From Acidobacteriota bacterium (GTDB lineage Bacteria > Acidobacteriota > Terriglobia > Bryobacterales > Bryobacteraceae), in contig JAYTKJ010000868.1 in NCBI GenBank assembly GCA_043730365.1, forward strand, positions 5,610 through 69,609: a stretch of 64,000 nucleotides of DNA, written 5' to 3'. Below are positions 1-9,044 of this stretch, piece by piece. The translations under genes were made by a program, and so were the position numbers. Each line of letters opens with the position of its first letter. The first letter of the stretch is position 1. Below the pieces are notes generated by a model. That model was not told the origin of the DNA. It did no database searches and was given only the letters and a program-made list of their open reading frames with translations.

Positions 1-130
1 CAACGGAGGTAGCCTCGGCGAGGGCGGTCTTCACGGCCACAACCGGCTTCTTGGGCGCTTCTTCCTCTTTGTGGCCGCCGCCGCAGCCGGCGAGTGCGGC
101 CAAGAATGCCAACAGGAGAAAAAGTTTCAT
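1..130 (-). CDS. 5' end of a lipoprotein gene, probably the periplasmic adaptor subunit of an efflux pump (runs off the window)
   Basis: The reverse strand reads MKLFLLLAFLAALAGCGGGHKEEEAPKKPVVAVKTALAEATSV, a signal peptide with lipobox LAGC. Its ATG (128-130) overlaps the TGA of the upstream TolC-like gene as ATGA. The product call rests only on that neighbour. Confidence 0.4.
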   Translation of the reverse strand, partial: MKLFLLLAFLAALAGCGGGHKEEEAPKKPVVAVKTALAEATSV

Positions 131-1407
131 CGACCGGCCGCGACCTCCAGATCCACCCGGGCATTCGCATATAGGAACAACGTATTGAAATAGTTGGTGC
201 GAGCGTTTTGAAGTTGGGATTGCGCCAGCACCACGTCCAGCGCCGGACCTTCGCCGCCTTCATAACGCACGCGCGACAGCTTCAAGTTGTCTTCAAAAAG
301 CTTCACCTGCAACTTGGCAACTTTCGTCTGATCCTGGAGAGACGTCATCCGCGCCTTGGCCGATTCATATTCGCGCGAGAACACCCGCTCGGATAGTTGG
401 CGCGTGGTATCCACTTGCATTGCGCGGGTCGTGAATTGCTGCGCCAAGCTGCGGGCGCGGAACCAATCGAAAATCGGCACGTTCAGACTGGCGACTACTG
501 CGGTGCCGCGTTCACTCCAGGCGTAGCGATTCGCATCGATGCCATGTTGAACACCTAGAAGCACCTGGGGCAACAGCGCCGCGCGTTCTCGCTTGGCATC
601 CAACGCGAAGCCCAGCTTCTGCAGGTCTAGGATCCTGAATTCGGTACGCCGGAGGAACGCGCCCGGAGCCTGGCTCTCCACCGGATCGGTGGCCACTTGC
701 GTGAGCGAGTCCTCCAGGTCCAGGATCGCATCCAAATCTGGCGTCCAAAAGCTTGCAAGTTCCTGATTGGCCAAACGCGCATCCAGGGTGGCGGCGCGTT
801 GCAGTTGATCGAATTCAGCCACCTGCGCGGAGGCCTTGACGACGTCGGCCTGCGCTGCCTCGCCACCTTTGAACAAGGCCTTCACCCGCACCTCGAAGCT
901 CCGGGCCTCGGTGAGACTGGCTTGGGCTGCATCGGCCAACTTGCGCGATACCAATGTTTGATAGAAAGCGATCGTTACCGCGCGCCGCAAGTCGCGCTCC
1001 GATATCTTGACACCCGCCTCGGCCGTATCGCGATCAACCTTGGCTCGCGCATAGGCCGCGCGTAGACGCCCGGAAGTATCGAGTTCGACCGCGATCCCGG
1101 CCTGCGTGATGTATTCGCGCGTGCCGTTGAACGACACGAAGGCCTGGTTGCCGGCTGGCCTGGGCGAATTGTAGATCGCACCGGCGGTGAGGCCGGCGTG
1201 CGGTAGAAAGTTGGAGCGAGCCGCGGTGATCCCAAAGGTGGCGATGCGGGCCTCTTGCCGCGCCCAAGTGACGGCATTCGGTGCAGCGCTTGCCAGTCGC
1301 AGGCAGTCAGCCAAGCTAAGAGTCTTCGAGGGTTGCTGCGCGAGAAGGATCCCGGCCAACGAAGCCGCGCAACTGAGGCGTATTAGGAGCAAGTAGTCCC
1401 TCGGCAT
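127..1407 (-). CDS. TolC-family outer membrane efflux protein
   Basis: 426-aa ORF with a signal peptide and long Ala/Leu/Gln/Arg-rich helical repeats typical of outer membrane efflux proteins. It is translationally coupled to the downstream lipoprotein gene. Confidence 0.8.
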   Translation of the reverse strand: MPRDYLLLIRLSCAASLAGILLAQQPSKTLSLADCLRLASAAPNAVTWARQEARIATFGITAARSNFLPHAGLTAGAIYNSPRPAGNQAFVSFNGTREYITQAGIAVELDTSGRLRAAYARAKVDRDTAEAGVKISERDLRRAVTIAFYQTLVSRKLADAAQASLTEARSFEVRVKALFKGGEAAQADVVKASAQVAEFDQLQRAATLDARLANQELASFWTPDLDAILDLEDSLTQVATDPVESQAPGAFLRRTEFRILDLQKLGFALDAKRERAALLPQVLLGVQHGIDANRYAWSERGTAVVASLNVPIFDWFRARSLAQQFTTRAMQVDTTRQLSERVFSREYESAKARMTSLQDQTKVAKLQVKLFEDNLKLSRVRYEGGEGPALDVVLAQSQLQNARTNYFNTLFLYANARVDLEVAAGR

Positions 1408-1467
1408 CCTTCTGATTAGAACAGACCCCGACCGATACCCGTCAGCCGTTCCGCTAGGCTTAAGGCT

Positions 1468-2661
1468 ATGGCTTGGCGATTCCTTCTTTTCGTTGGTCCT
1501 GTTCTTCCGGCGCTCATGGCCCAGTCCGGTGGATATGCCGGCTCAGCCGCGTGCAAGACCTGTCACCCCAGCGTCTATGAGCGGTGGTCGAAAACCCGCA
1601 TGGCCAATGTGGTCGTCGACCCCAAGCAGCATCCCGATGCCATCATCCCAGACTTCTCCAAACTCGACCCGCTCCTGACGTTTAAGAAAGAAGACGTGGC
1701 TTTCACCTACGGCAGCAAGTGGAAGCAGCGCTACTTCAAGAAAGTGGGCGACGATTATTTTCCGCTCCCCGCGCAATGGGATGTGACGAACAAAGTCTGG
1801 CGTGCCTACAACGTCAAGCCGGGAACCGATTGGTGGACGGCGCATTATCCGGCTGACAACATGCAGCGCCCGACCGGCCCGCTGTGCGACGGCTGCCATT
1901 CTGTGAACTACAACGTGCAAACCAAGGCTGTGACCGAATGGAATGTCGGCTGCGAAAAATGCCATGGGCCTGGGGCGGCCCACGCGCAGAAGCCGTCGCG
2001 AGATAGCATTGTCAACCCGGCCAGGCTCAGTTCCAATCGGGCGAACGACGTGTGCATCCAGTGCCATTCGCAAGGGAAGCCGCTCCGCAATCCGATCGCC
2101 GGCAGGCACTACGATTGGCCGGTGGGCTTCGATGCGTCGAAGAACCTCGGGGACTTTTGGGAGCTTGAAGAACACAAACTCGGCGAGACGACGTTCACAC
2201 ACTTTGCCGACGGTACGGGCCACAAGAACCGCATGCAGGGCAATGACTTTGTCCAGAGCGCCATGTACACGCACGGCGTGACGTGTTCAGCCTGCCACGA
2301 CGCACACGGCACGGCGAACAATGCCGATTTGGTGAAGCCGGCCAATATGGTCTGCCTTACCTGCCACGGGCCGAATTCATCCAACGGCCCTCATACCGCC
2401 TCCATTGAACAGCACTCTCACCACAAGGCCGGGTCGGCGGGCAATGAATGCGTGAACTGCCACATGCCGAAGATCGAGCAGACCATCGCCAATGTCAATG
2501 TGCGAAGCCATACCTTCAAGTTCATCACGCCGGCAATGACGGATCAGTTCAAGATTCCCAATCCTTGCACGACGTGCCATACCGACAAGACAACTGCGTG
2601 GGCGAAGGAGGAGCTCAGGAAGTGGCCCGAGGTTTCCCACTGGCGAGTTGCCGCCAAGTAG
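1468..2661 (+). CDS. exported octaheme c-type cytochrome
   Basis: N-terminal signal peptide and eight CXXCH motifs (CKTCH, CDGCH, CEKCH, CIQCH, CSACH, CLTCH, CVNCH, CTTCH) in 397 aa. Confidence 0.9.
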   Translation: MAWRFLLFVGPVLPALMAQSGGYAGSAACKTCHPSVYERWSKTRMANVVVDPKQHPDAIIPDFSKLDPLLTFKKEDVAFTYGSKWKQRYFKKVGDDYFPLPAQWDVTNKVWRAYNVKPGTDWWTAHYPADNMQRPTGPLCDGCHSVNYNVQTKAVTEWNVGCEKCHGPGAAHAQKPSRDSIVNPARLSSNRANDVCIQCHSQGKPLRNPIAGRHYDWPVGFDASKNLGDFWELEEHKLGETTFTHFADGTGHKNRMQGNDFVQSAMYTHGVTCSACHDAHGTANNADLVKPANMVCLTCHGPNSSNGPHTASIEQHSHHKAGSAGNECVNCHMPKIEQTIANVNVRSHTFKFITPAMTDQFKIPNPCTTCHTDKTTAWAKEELRKWPEVSHWRVAAK

Positions 2662-2669
2662 AATGGAAG

Positions 2670-5255
2670 TTGATCCCCCGCGGCCTAGTCTGCCTGTTAG
2701 TATCGCTGTGCGCCGGGTGGGACGCTGCCGCCGAAACACCGGCGAAAAGCGCGCCTACTCCGGCACCGTCACGAACGCGTATGCAGTCCACGAGCATGCG
2801 CAACGAAAATGCCGCCGTCAATCGGATTGACTTCAACGCGATCAAGGAAGCCAACACGCGCGTGGGGGCCAACATCACCATCGTCACTGAGCCTCGCGTT
2901 GAAACGGGTTACTTTGCCACCGAATTTGGACGCCCGGCGGGTGGATCGGTTGTGATGGCTGCACCAAACAACGGGATGGCAGCGTGGCATGCTGAGCTTT
3001 TCGGGTCTCACCAGAACAGTGTGTTCAACGCACGGACGTTCTTTCAGGTTGGCGGCGTCAAGCCATCGCACCGCAATTCCTACGGCGCGCGTGTCACCGG
3101 GCAATTGGGTAAGTCCACGTGGCTCACGGCCAACGTTTCGCAGCAGAAAATCCGTGGGATGGTCAACGGCAACGTGCTCGTGCCGCTTGCCGATGAACGC
3201 ACTCCGCTGGCCACGAGCCCTGCCTTGCGCGCGCTGGTGCAGCGATTCCTCAATGCGTATCCTACTGAGCTTCCCAATCGACCGGACTTCGACGTGCGCG
3301 CCCTGAACACCAACGCGCCACAGCGGATCGATGAAGTAGACGGCACGCTGCGGTTGGATCATGATTTGTCCGGCTGGGGCAGGCTCTCTGCTTCGCATCA
3401 ACTCACGCGCCAGCGTGTGGACGCCTTCCAGTTGGTGGCCGGTCAGAATCCGGACAACGATATCCACACCCACCGCTCGCAACTCACCTGGCGCAACGGT
3501 CCATCGGCAGCCACTGAAGTTGCGCTCGGCTTCACCTTCTCCCGGAACAAGACGCTGCTCGTGGCCGAGCCCAACGCGATGCCGTCGCGCATCCGCGTGG
3601 GTTTTCAAATTGAAGAGCTAGGGCCTGATAGCGAATTTCCCGTGAACCGCGCCACCAACTCATTCCGGTACGGAGCCGTGGCGTCGCGCCGATTCGCCGA
3701 GGGCCGGCATCAGTTGACCTGGGGCGGGGACTTGACGCGGTTCCAGCTCAATGGCATCGAGACGCTCTCGACGCGCGGCTACTTCAGCTTCACCAATAAC
3801 TTCGGCCGCGGGGCGATTCAGAATCTGCGGTTGGGCGAACCGTCTTTCTATGAAGTCACTACGGGCGAGTTGGCACGCGGCTTCCGCAACTGGACCGCCA
3901 ATGCCTTCGTGGCAGACCGCTGGAAGCTTAACCCGCGTGTGCAACTATTCCTCGGCCTGCGCTACAACCTGGTGACTGGCCCCACGGAAGTGAACCACAT
4001 CCACCCGCAGTTATACGACTGCGATTGCAATAACGTCAGCCCGCGCCTCAGCTTGGCGATCCAGGCATTCAAAGGTTGGGTAGTCAGGACGGGTTACACG
4101 GTTTCGTTTGGAGAAATTCCGCCCGTCACTTATCAACAAGAGCGCTTCAACCTGCCGCAGGTGCAGTACATTCAACTGCAGAACCCTCGGTTGATTGACC
4201 CCTTGGCCGGCCTCGATCTGGCGAGCGGAAGCCTTCGCAGTTCGCCAACCGTGTTGTCGCGCGATATTGTTTCTCCTTACGCGCATCAATATCACTTCGC
4301 GTTTGAACGCAAATCCAAAGCCGGCGCTTTGTTGCGGGTGGGCTATCTCGGTAGTCAAAGCGTGAAGCTCATCAACGGCTACGTACTTAATCGGGCGCAA
4401 GCGGTGCCCGGCATCCCGCTGACGCTGGATACGGTGGACCGCCGTCGAGCCGATCCCCGCTTCTACGAAATACGCTACGTCCTCAACGGCGGGATGGGCA
4501 ACTTCAACGCGGCCCAGGCGAGCGTAGACGTGCCGGACTGGCGCGGTCTGCGCGGAACAGTCAGCTATACATTCTCCAAGTCGATCGACGATGGACCCGA
4601 TTACACCAGCACCGCGGCAAACCGCGACATGAGCCGCGCTCGAAGCCAAGGCCAGTACGACTCGCTGCGCGACCGCCGCGGTCTCAGCGCCTTTGACTCT
4701 CCTCACGCGTGGGTGGCAAGTTACTCATACGACCTGCCAACTTTGCCCGGAGCCCGATCGTGGCCGGGGCGTCTAATCAACGGCTGGCAACTTTCCGGAG
4801 TGTCGATGCTAAAGAGCGGCACGCCGCTGACGCTCTACGTCGGCTCGGATGCACCGGGATTTGGCAACGTGGACGGATCGGCCAGTGACCGCCCCAATAT
4901 CCTCTACCCCGCGATCCTTGGCCGCACCGTTTCTCATCCCGACATGGCGCCGGTGATGCTGGCGCGAGACCGTTTCTCCTACATCACTCCGGGCGACACG
5001 CGCGGCAACATCGGCAAGAACACGTTGCGCAAGGCCCGGATTGCCAACTTGAACGCGGCGCTCTCCCGGCAGTGGCAGTTGGCCGGGGGTGGCCGCGAAT
5101 GGCGCGCGCAATTCCGTGCCGAGGTCTACAACTTGACCAACACGCCGCAGTTCGATGAGCCGCAGCGCAACTTGACTTCGCCCGCCTTTGGCAAGATCAC
5201 CAACGCACTGAACGATGGCCGGGTCTTCCAACTATCATTGCGTCTGCTGCTGTAA
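2670..5255 (+). CDS. TonB-dependent-receptor-like outer membrane beta-barrel lacking the CarboxypepD_reg domain and most of the plug
   Basis: By eye the barrel region aligns with the TonB receptor at 11456..14269 (WHAELFGSHQNSVFNARTFF against LHGDLYGYLRNQRFNAANPL). It has a signal-peptide-like N-terminus (IPRGLVCLLVSLCAGWDAAA). I chose the TTG at 2670 because the longer ORF from 2448 overlaps the cytochrome gene, so the start is uncertain. Confidence 0.7.
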   Translation: MIPRGLVCLLVSLCAGWDAAAETPAKSAPTPAPSRTRMQSTSMRNENAAVNRIDFNAIKEANTRVGANITIVTEPRVETGYFATEFGRPAGGSVVMAAPNNGMAAWHAELFGSHQNSVFNARTFFQVGGVKPSHRNSYGARVTGQLGKSTWLTANVSQQKIRGMVNGNVLVPLADERTPLATSPALRALVQRFLNAYPTELPNRPDFDVRALNTNAPQRIDEVDGTLRLDHDLSGWGRLSASHQLTRQRVDAFQLVAGQNPDNDIHTHRSQLTWRNGPSAATEVALGFTFSRNKTLLVAEPNAMPSRIRVGFQIEELGPDSEFPVNRATNSFRYGAVASRRFAEGRHQLTWGGDLTRFQLNGIETLSTRGYFSFTNNFGRGAIQNLRLGEPSFYEVTTGELARGFRNWTANAFVADRWKLNPRVQLFLGLRYNLVTGPTEVNHIHPQLYDCDCNNVSPRLSLAIQAFKGWVVRTGYTVSFGEIPPVTYQQERFNLPQVQYIQLQNPRLIDPLAGLDLASGSLRSSPTVLSRDIVSPYAHQYHFAFERKSKAGALLRVGYLGSQSVKLINGYVLNRAQAVPGIPLTLDTVDRRRADPRFYEIRYVLNGGMGNFNAAQASVDVPDWRGLRGTVSYTFSKSIDDGPDYTSTAANRDMSRARSQGQYDSLRDRRGLSAFDSPHAWVASYSYDLPTLPGARSWPGRLINGWQLSGVSMLKSGTPLTLYVGSDAPGFGNVDGSASDRPNILYPAILGRTVSHPDMAPVMLARDRFSYITPGDTRGNIGKNTLRKARIANLNAALSRQWQLAGGGREWRAQFRAEVYNLTNTPQFDEPQRNLTSPAFGKITNALNDGRVFQLSLRLLL

Positions 5256-5275
5256 GATGATTCTGGTGAAGATGC

Positions 5276-7669
5276 ATGATGCGTTCGTTGTTGCTAGGGG
5301 TTCTCAGTTTCGCGCTTTGGCTCGTTAATGGGCTCGCCGCCGCCGATCCGCAGAGCTTCCTGAATAGCTACTGCACGGCCTGCCATAACCAGAAACTGCG
5401 CACCGCTGGACTCGCGCTGGACGATGGCAGTGCAACCAACCCAGCAGCGAGTCCCGCTGTGTGGGAACGCGTGATCGCCAGGTTGCGGGCCGGCTCGATG
5501 CCGCCACCCGGAGCCGCGCGGCCGCAGGCAGAAGTGAGCAATGCCGTGGCGAGTTGGCTCGAAAACGAAATCGACCGCGCGTGGTTGGCCAAACCCAAGC
5601 CAGGCCGGGTGAGCGCGGTCCATCGTCTCAATCGGGTCGAGTTCAACAATGCCATTCGCGATCTGTTCAACCTTGATGTAGACGTGAGGCCTTTACTACC
5701 GGGCGATGAGACTGCCGATGGCAGCTTCGACAACCTCGCCGATTCTCTCTCCATCTCGACGGCGCATCTGGAGCGATACATGTCGGTAGCGCGCCAGGTT
5801 ACGCGTTTGGCCGTGGGTCTTCCTCCCGCGCGTCCAGGCGTTGAGACGTTCGCGATTCCGCTGCACGTGTTACAGGAAGACCGGCAAAGCGAGGACTTGC
5901 CAATGGGCTCGCGCGGCGGCATCGCGGTGCGATACAACTTTCCCGTTAACGGCGAATACTCGATCAAGGTCCGGCTCCAACGTCAATATCAGGATTACCT
6001 CAAGGGCATGGGCTGGGCGCAGCAACTTGACGTTCGCCTCGATGGCAAACTTCTCAAGCGGTTCACCGTTGGAGGCGGGGCGCAAGGCCGAGCGGCTGCG
6101 GCCAGCTACGCCGGCGATGGCGAGCCAGGCTATGCCGGCGATCCGGAGTGGGAAAAGTATATGCAGCTCACCGGCGACGCAGGGCTGGAAGTTCGCCTGC
6201 CGGTCCAGGCCGGTCCTCGTGTGGTGGGCGTGGCGTTCGTCAGGCAGGCATGGGAGCCGGAGGGATTGCCACAATCGTTGCAACGAGGCAGAGTGATCGC
6301 CAATGACCAGGTCTATATGGATCACGCCAACGTTGGCTCGGTTCAAATTGGTGGTCCTTATCAAGCGAGTGAGCCCGCCAAAGACAGGCCGAGCCGCCGC
6401 GCGATTTTCGTCTGCCATGACACGCAAGACGCGGCGGCAGAGCGGGCGTGCGCGTCACGGATTCTCTCCAAAATTGCGAGGCGCGCTTATCGGAGGCCGG
6501 TGACGCCGCCGGATGTGCGAACGCTGCTGGAGTTTTTCGACGCAGGCCGCCGCGATGGCGGCGACTTCGATAACGGGATTCAATTCGCGCTTGAGCGGCT
6601 GCTGGTCGATCCCGATTTCCTGCTCCGTCTGCATAGACCGAATACCCAGCGCCTCAGCGATCTTGAGGTGGCTTCGCGACTGTCATTCCTCTTGTGGAGC
6701 AGCATTCCGGACGAGCACCTGTTGTCGGTGGCCGAGCGCGGCCGTCTCACCGGTAATCCGGTCCTCCAGCAGCAATTGCGGCGGATGCTCGCTCATCCCC
6801 GCAGCGCGCAAGCATTGGTGGACGGCTTCGCGGCCCAGTGGCTGAATCTGCGGCGCATCAGCGAGGTGGTGGTAGATCCGCTGCGCTATCCCAACTACGA
6901 TGAGAGCCTGCTGCAAGCTTTCAAGCAGGAGACCGAGCTCTTTGTAGCGAGCAGCATCCGTGAGGATCGCAGCGTCAACGAACTGCTGGACGCAGACTAC
7001 ACCTTTGTAAATGAGCGGCTGGCACGTCACTATGGAATTTCAGGAATCCACGGCAGCCGGTTCCGTCGCGTGACGCTGCCCAACCGCGATCAACGCGGCG
7101 GGTTGCTGGCGCACGGAGCATTGCTGGCGACGACGTCCTATCCCGACCGCACTTCGCCCGTGCTGCGGGGCAAGTGGCTGCTGAACAATATTTTCGGTTT
7201 GCCCGTGCCGCCGCCTCCTCCGGGAGTGGATACGAATCTTGAAAGCAGGCCCGGCGCCGCCGCGCCGTCTATGCGGGAGCGGCTGGCGCAACACCGCCGG
7301 AATCCATCCTGTAATAGTTGCCACTCGGCGATTGATCCGCTCGGATTTGCGCTCGAGAATTTTGACGTGATCGGCGGATGGCGGACCGTGGATGAGTCCG
7401 GCCGCGCTGTGGATTCGAGCGGCGCCACCGTAAGTGGAGTCAAGGTCGAAGGCCTGGCGGGGCTCCGGGCATTGCTGCTTGCACAGCCGGGCCAATTCCC
7501 GCGCACGGTCACCGAAAAGCTGTTGTCCTATGCACTGGGGCGCAGGCTCGAGTATTTTGATCAGCCGTCAGTACGCGCGATCGTGCGCGAGGCGGCGGCC
7601 CATGACTACCGTTGGTCGGCAATTCTGGGCGGTATCGTCAAGAGCCCGGCTTTCCTGACGTCGAATTGA
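5276..7669 (+). CDS. DUF1592/DUF1588/DUF1587/DUF1585/DUF1595-family (PSD/PSCyt3-type) protein with heme-binding motifs
   Basis: Signal peptide, N-terminal SYCTACHNQK and a later CNSCH motif. The 797-aa length and the pairing with a DUF1552 gene are typical of this planctomycete-type family. Confidence 0.8.
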   Translation: MMRSLLLGVLSFALWLVNGLAAADPQSFLNSYCTACHNQKLRTAGLALDDGSATNPAASPAVWERVIARLRAGSMPPPGAARPQAEVSNAVASWLENEIDRAWLAKPKPGRVSAVHRLNRVEFNNAIRDLFNLDVDVRPLLPGDETADGSFDNLADSLSISTAHLERYMSVARQVTRLAVGLPPARPGVETFAIPLHVLQEDRQSEDLPMGSRGGIAVRYNFPVNGEYSIKVRLQRQYQDYLKGMGWAQQLDVRLDGKLLKRFTVGGGAQGRAAAASYAGDGEPGYAGDPEWEKYMQLTGDAGLEVRLPVQAGPRVVGVAFVRQAWEPEGLPQSLQRGRVIANDQVYMDHANVGSVQIGGPYQASEPAKDRPSRRAIFVCHDTQDAAAERACASRILSKIARRAYRRPVTPPDVRTLLEFFDAGRRDGGDFDNGIQFALERLLVDPDFLLRLHRPNTQRLSDLEVASRLSFLLWSSIPDEHLLSVAERGRLTGNPVLQQQLRRMLAHPRSAQALVDGFAAQWLNLRRISEVVVDPLRYPNYDESLLQAFKQETELFVASSIREDRSVNELLDADYTFVNERLARHYGISGIHGSRFRRVTLPNRDQRGGLLAHGALLATTSYPDRTSPVLRGKWLLNNIFGLPVPPPPPGVDTNLESRPGAAAPSMRERLAQHRRNPSCNSCHSAIDPLGFALENFDVIGGWRTVDESGRAVDSSGATVSGVKVEGLAGLRALLLAQPGQFPRTVTEKLLSYALGRRLEYFDQPSVRAIVREAAAHDYRWSAILGGIVKSPAFLTSN

Positions 7670-7690
7670 TCTAAAGGAGAAGCGATACAC

Positions 7691-9034
7691 GTGACTTACA
7701 TTAGTGCGAAATCGTTACCGCGACGGACCATGCTGCGCGGGCTCGGAACCGCGATGGCACTGCCACTGCTCGATGCGATGCTCCCACCGTCATTGCTCGG
7801 CGCGCAATCGGCCGCCAAACCTGTTCATCGGTTTCTCACCTTCTATGTGCCCAACGGAATGGCGATGGAGTATTGGTCGCCAAAAGAGGAGGGCAGCGGC
7901 TTTGCGCTCTCGCCCATCCTTGAGCCGCTGGCGCCGTTCCGCAACCAGATGCTGGTGCTGTCGGGCATCAAGGCGAATTGGAATTACATCCACGCCGGCG
8001 CGTCGGGGTCTTTCCTTACGGGCACCACGCGCGGCGGACGGAACGAAGTGGAGATTGTCGCGGACGTTTCGGTGGACCAGCTGCTGGCCCGCCGGTTCGC
8101 GCGGGAGACTCAGGTGGCGTCGTTGGAGTTGGCGATCGACGCACCAGCGAATGCAGGCGCCTGTACCGGCAATCTCAGCTGCGTTTATACGCACACTCTC
8201 TCGTGGCGCAGTCCCACTCAGCCGCTGCCGGTGGAGTGGAATCCGCGCGCGGTGTTTGAAAAGCTCTTTGGCGACGGCGGCACCACTGGCCGGGCGGCGC
8301 GGGAAGCCAGGCTGCGGCAGCACAAGAGCATCTTGGATTCAGTGTCCGGAAAGTTGGCGGACCTCAAGCGCGAACTCGGTCCGCAGGACCGCGGCAAGGT
8401 GGACGAGTACTCGGAGGCCGTGCGTGATGTGGAACGGCGTATTCAAAGAGCTGAAGAACAAAGCGGCCGCGCGGAGCTTCCCACGATGGAGCAACCCCAG
8501 GGCGTGCCGCTGGTTTTTGAAGATCATCTGGCGCTAATGGTTGACCTGCAGGTGTTGGCTTTCCAGTCCGATCTCACGCGCGTCATTTCCTTCATGCTCG
8601 GCAAGGAGCAGAGCGCTCGGCCGTATCCGCAGATCGGCGTTCCTGAGGCGCATCATCCACTCTCGCATCATGAGAATGACCCCGCTTTGATTGCGCAGAT
8701 GTCGAAGATCAACCGGTATCACACGCAGCTTTTCGCGCAGTATTTGGCTAAGCTCCGCGCCACGCCTGATGGTGACGGATCGCTGCTTGATCACATGACG
8801 ATTCTCTATGGCTCGGGCATTTCCAACAGTACCCGGCACTCGGGCGACAACTTGCCGCTGCTGGTGATGGGTGGCGGAGCGGGTCGGCTCAAGGGTGGCC
8901 GGCACATCAAGTATGCCAACACACCGACAATGGCGAACCTGCTAGTGACGCTGATGGACAAGCTGGATGTACCAGTTGAGCGTCTCGGCGGCAGTACAGG
9001 CAAGCTTCCGCTCGAGCCGATCGCCGGCGTGTAG
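7691..9034 (+). CDS. DUF1552 (HXXSHH) family protein with a Tat-type signal
   Basis: GTG start, twin-arginine region RRTMLRGLGTAMALPLLDAM, family signature EAHHPLSHHEND. It lies 21 nt downstream of the DUF1592 gene. Confidence 0.8.
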   Translation: MTYISAKSLPRRTMLRGLGTAMALPLLDAMLPPSLLGAQSAAKPVHRFLTFYVPNGMAMEYWSPKEEGSGFALSPILEPLAPFRNQMLVLSGIKANWNYIHAGASGSFLTGTTRGGRNEVEIVADVSVDQLLARRFARETQVASLELAIDAPANAGACTGNLSCVYTHTLSWRSPTQPLPVEWNPRAVFEKLFGDGGTTGRAAREARLRQHKSILDSVSGKLADLKRELGPQDRGKVDEYSEAVRDVERRIQRAEEQSGRAELPTMEQPQGVPLVFEDHLALMVDLQVLAFQSDLTRVISFMLGKEQSARPYPQIGVPEAHHPLSHHENDPALIAQMSKINRYHTQLFAQYLAKLRATPDGDGSLLDHMTILYGSGISNSTRHSGDNLPLLVMGGGAGRLKGGRHIKYANTPTMANLLVTLMDKLDVPVERLGGSTGKLPLEPIAGV

Positions 9035-9044
9035 GACTTGAGGC

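Noticed and set aside
2448-2669. Upstream extension of the barrel-protein ORF (longest start at 2448)
   Set aside because: It overlaps the last 214 nt of the octaheme cytochrome gene, and the translated extension has no signal peptide or domain character. A TTG at 2670 directly precedes a signal-peptide-like segment.
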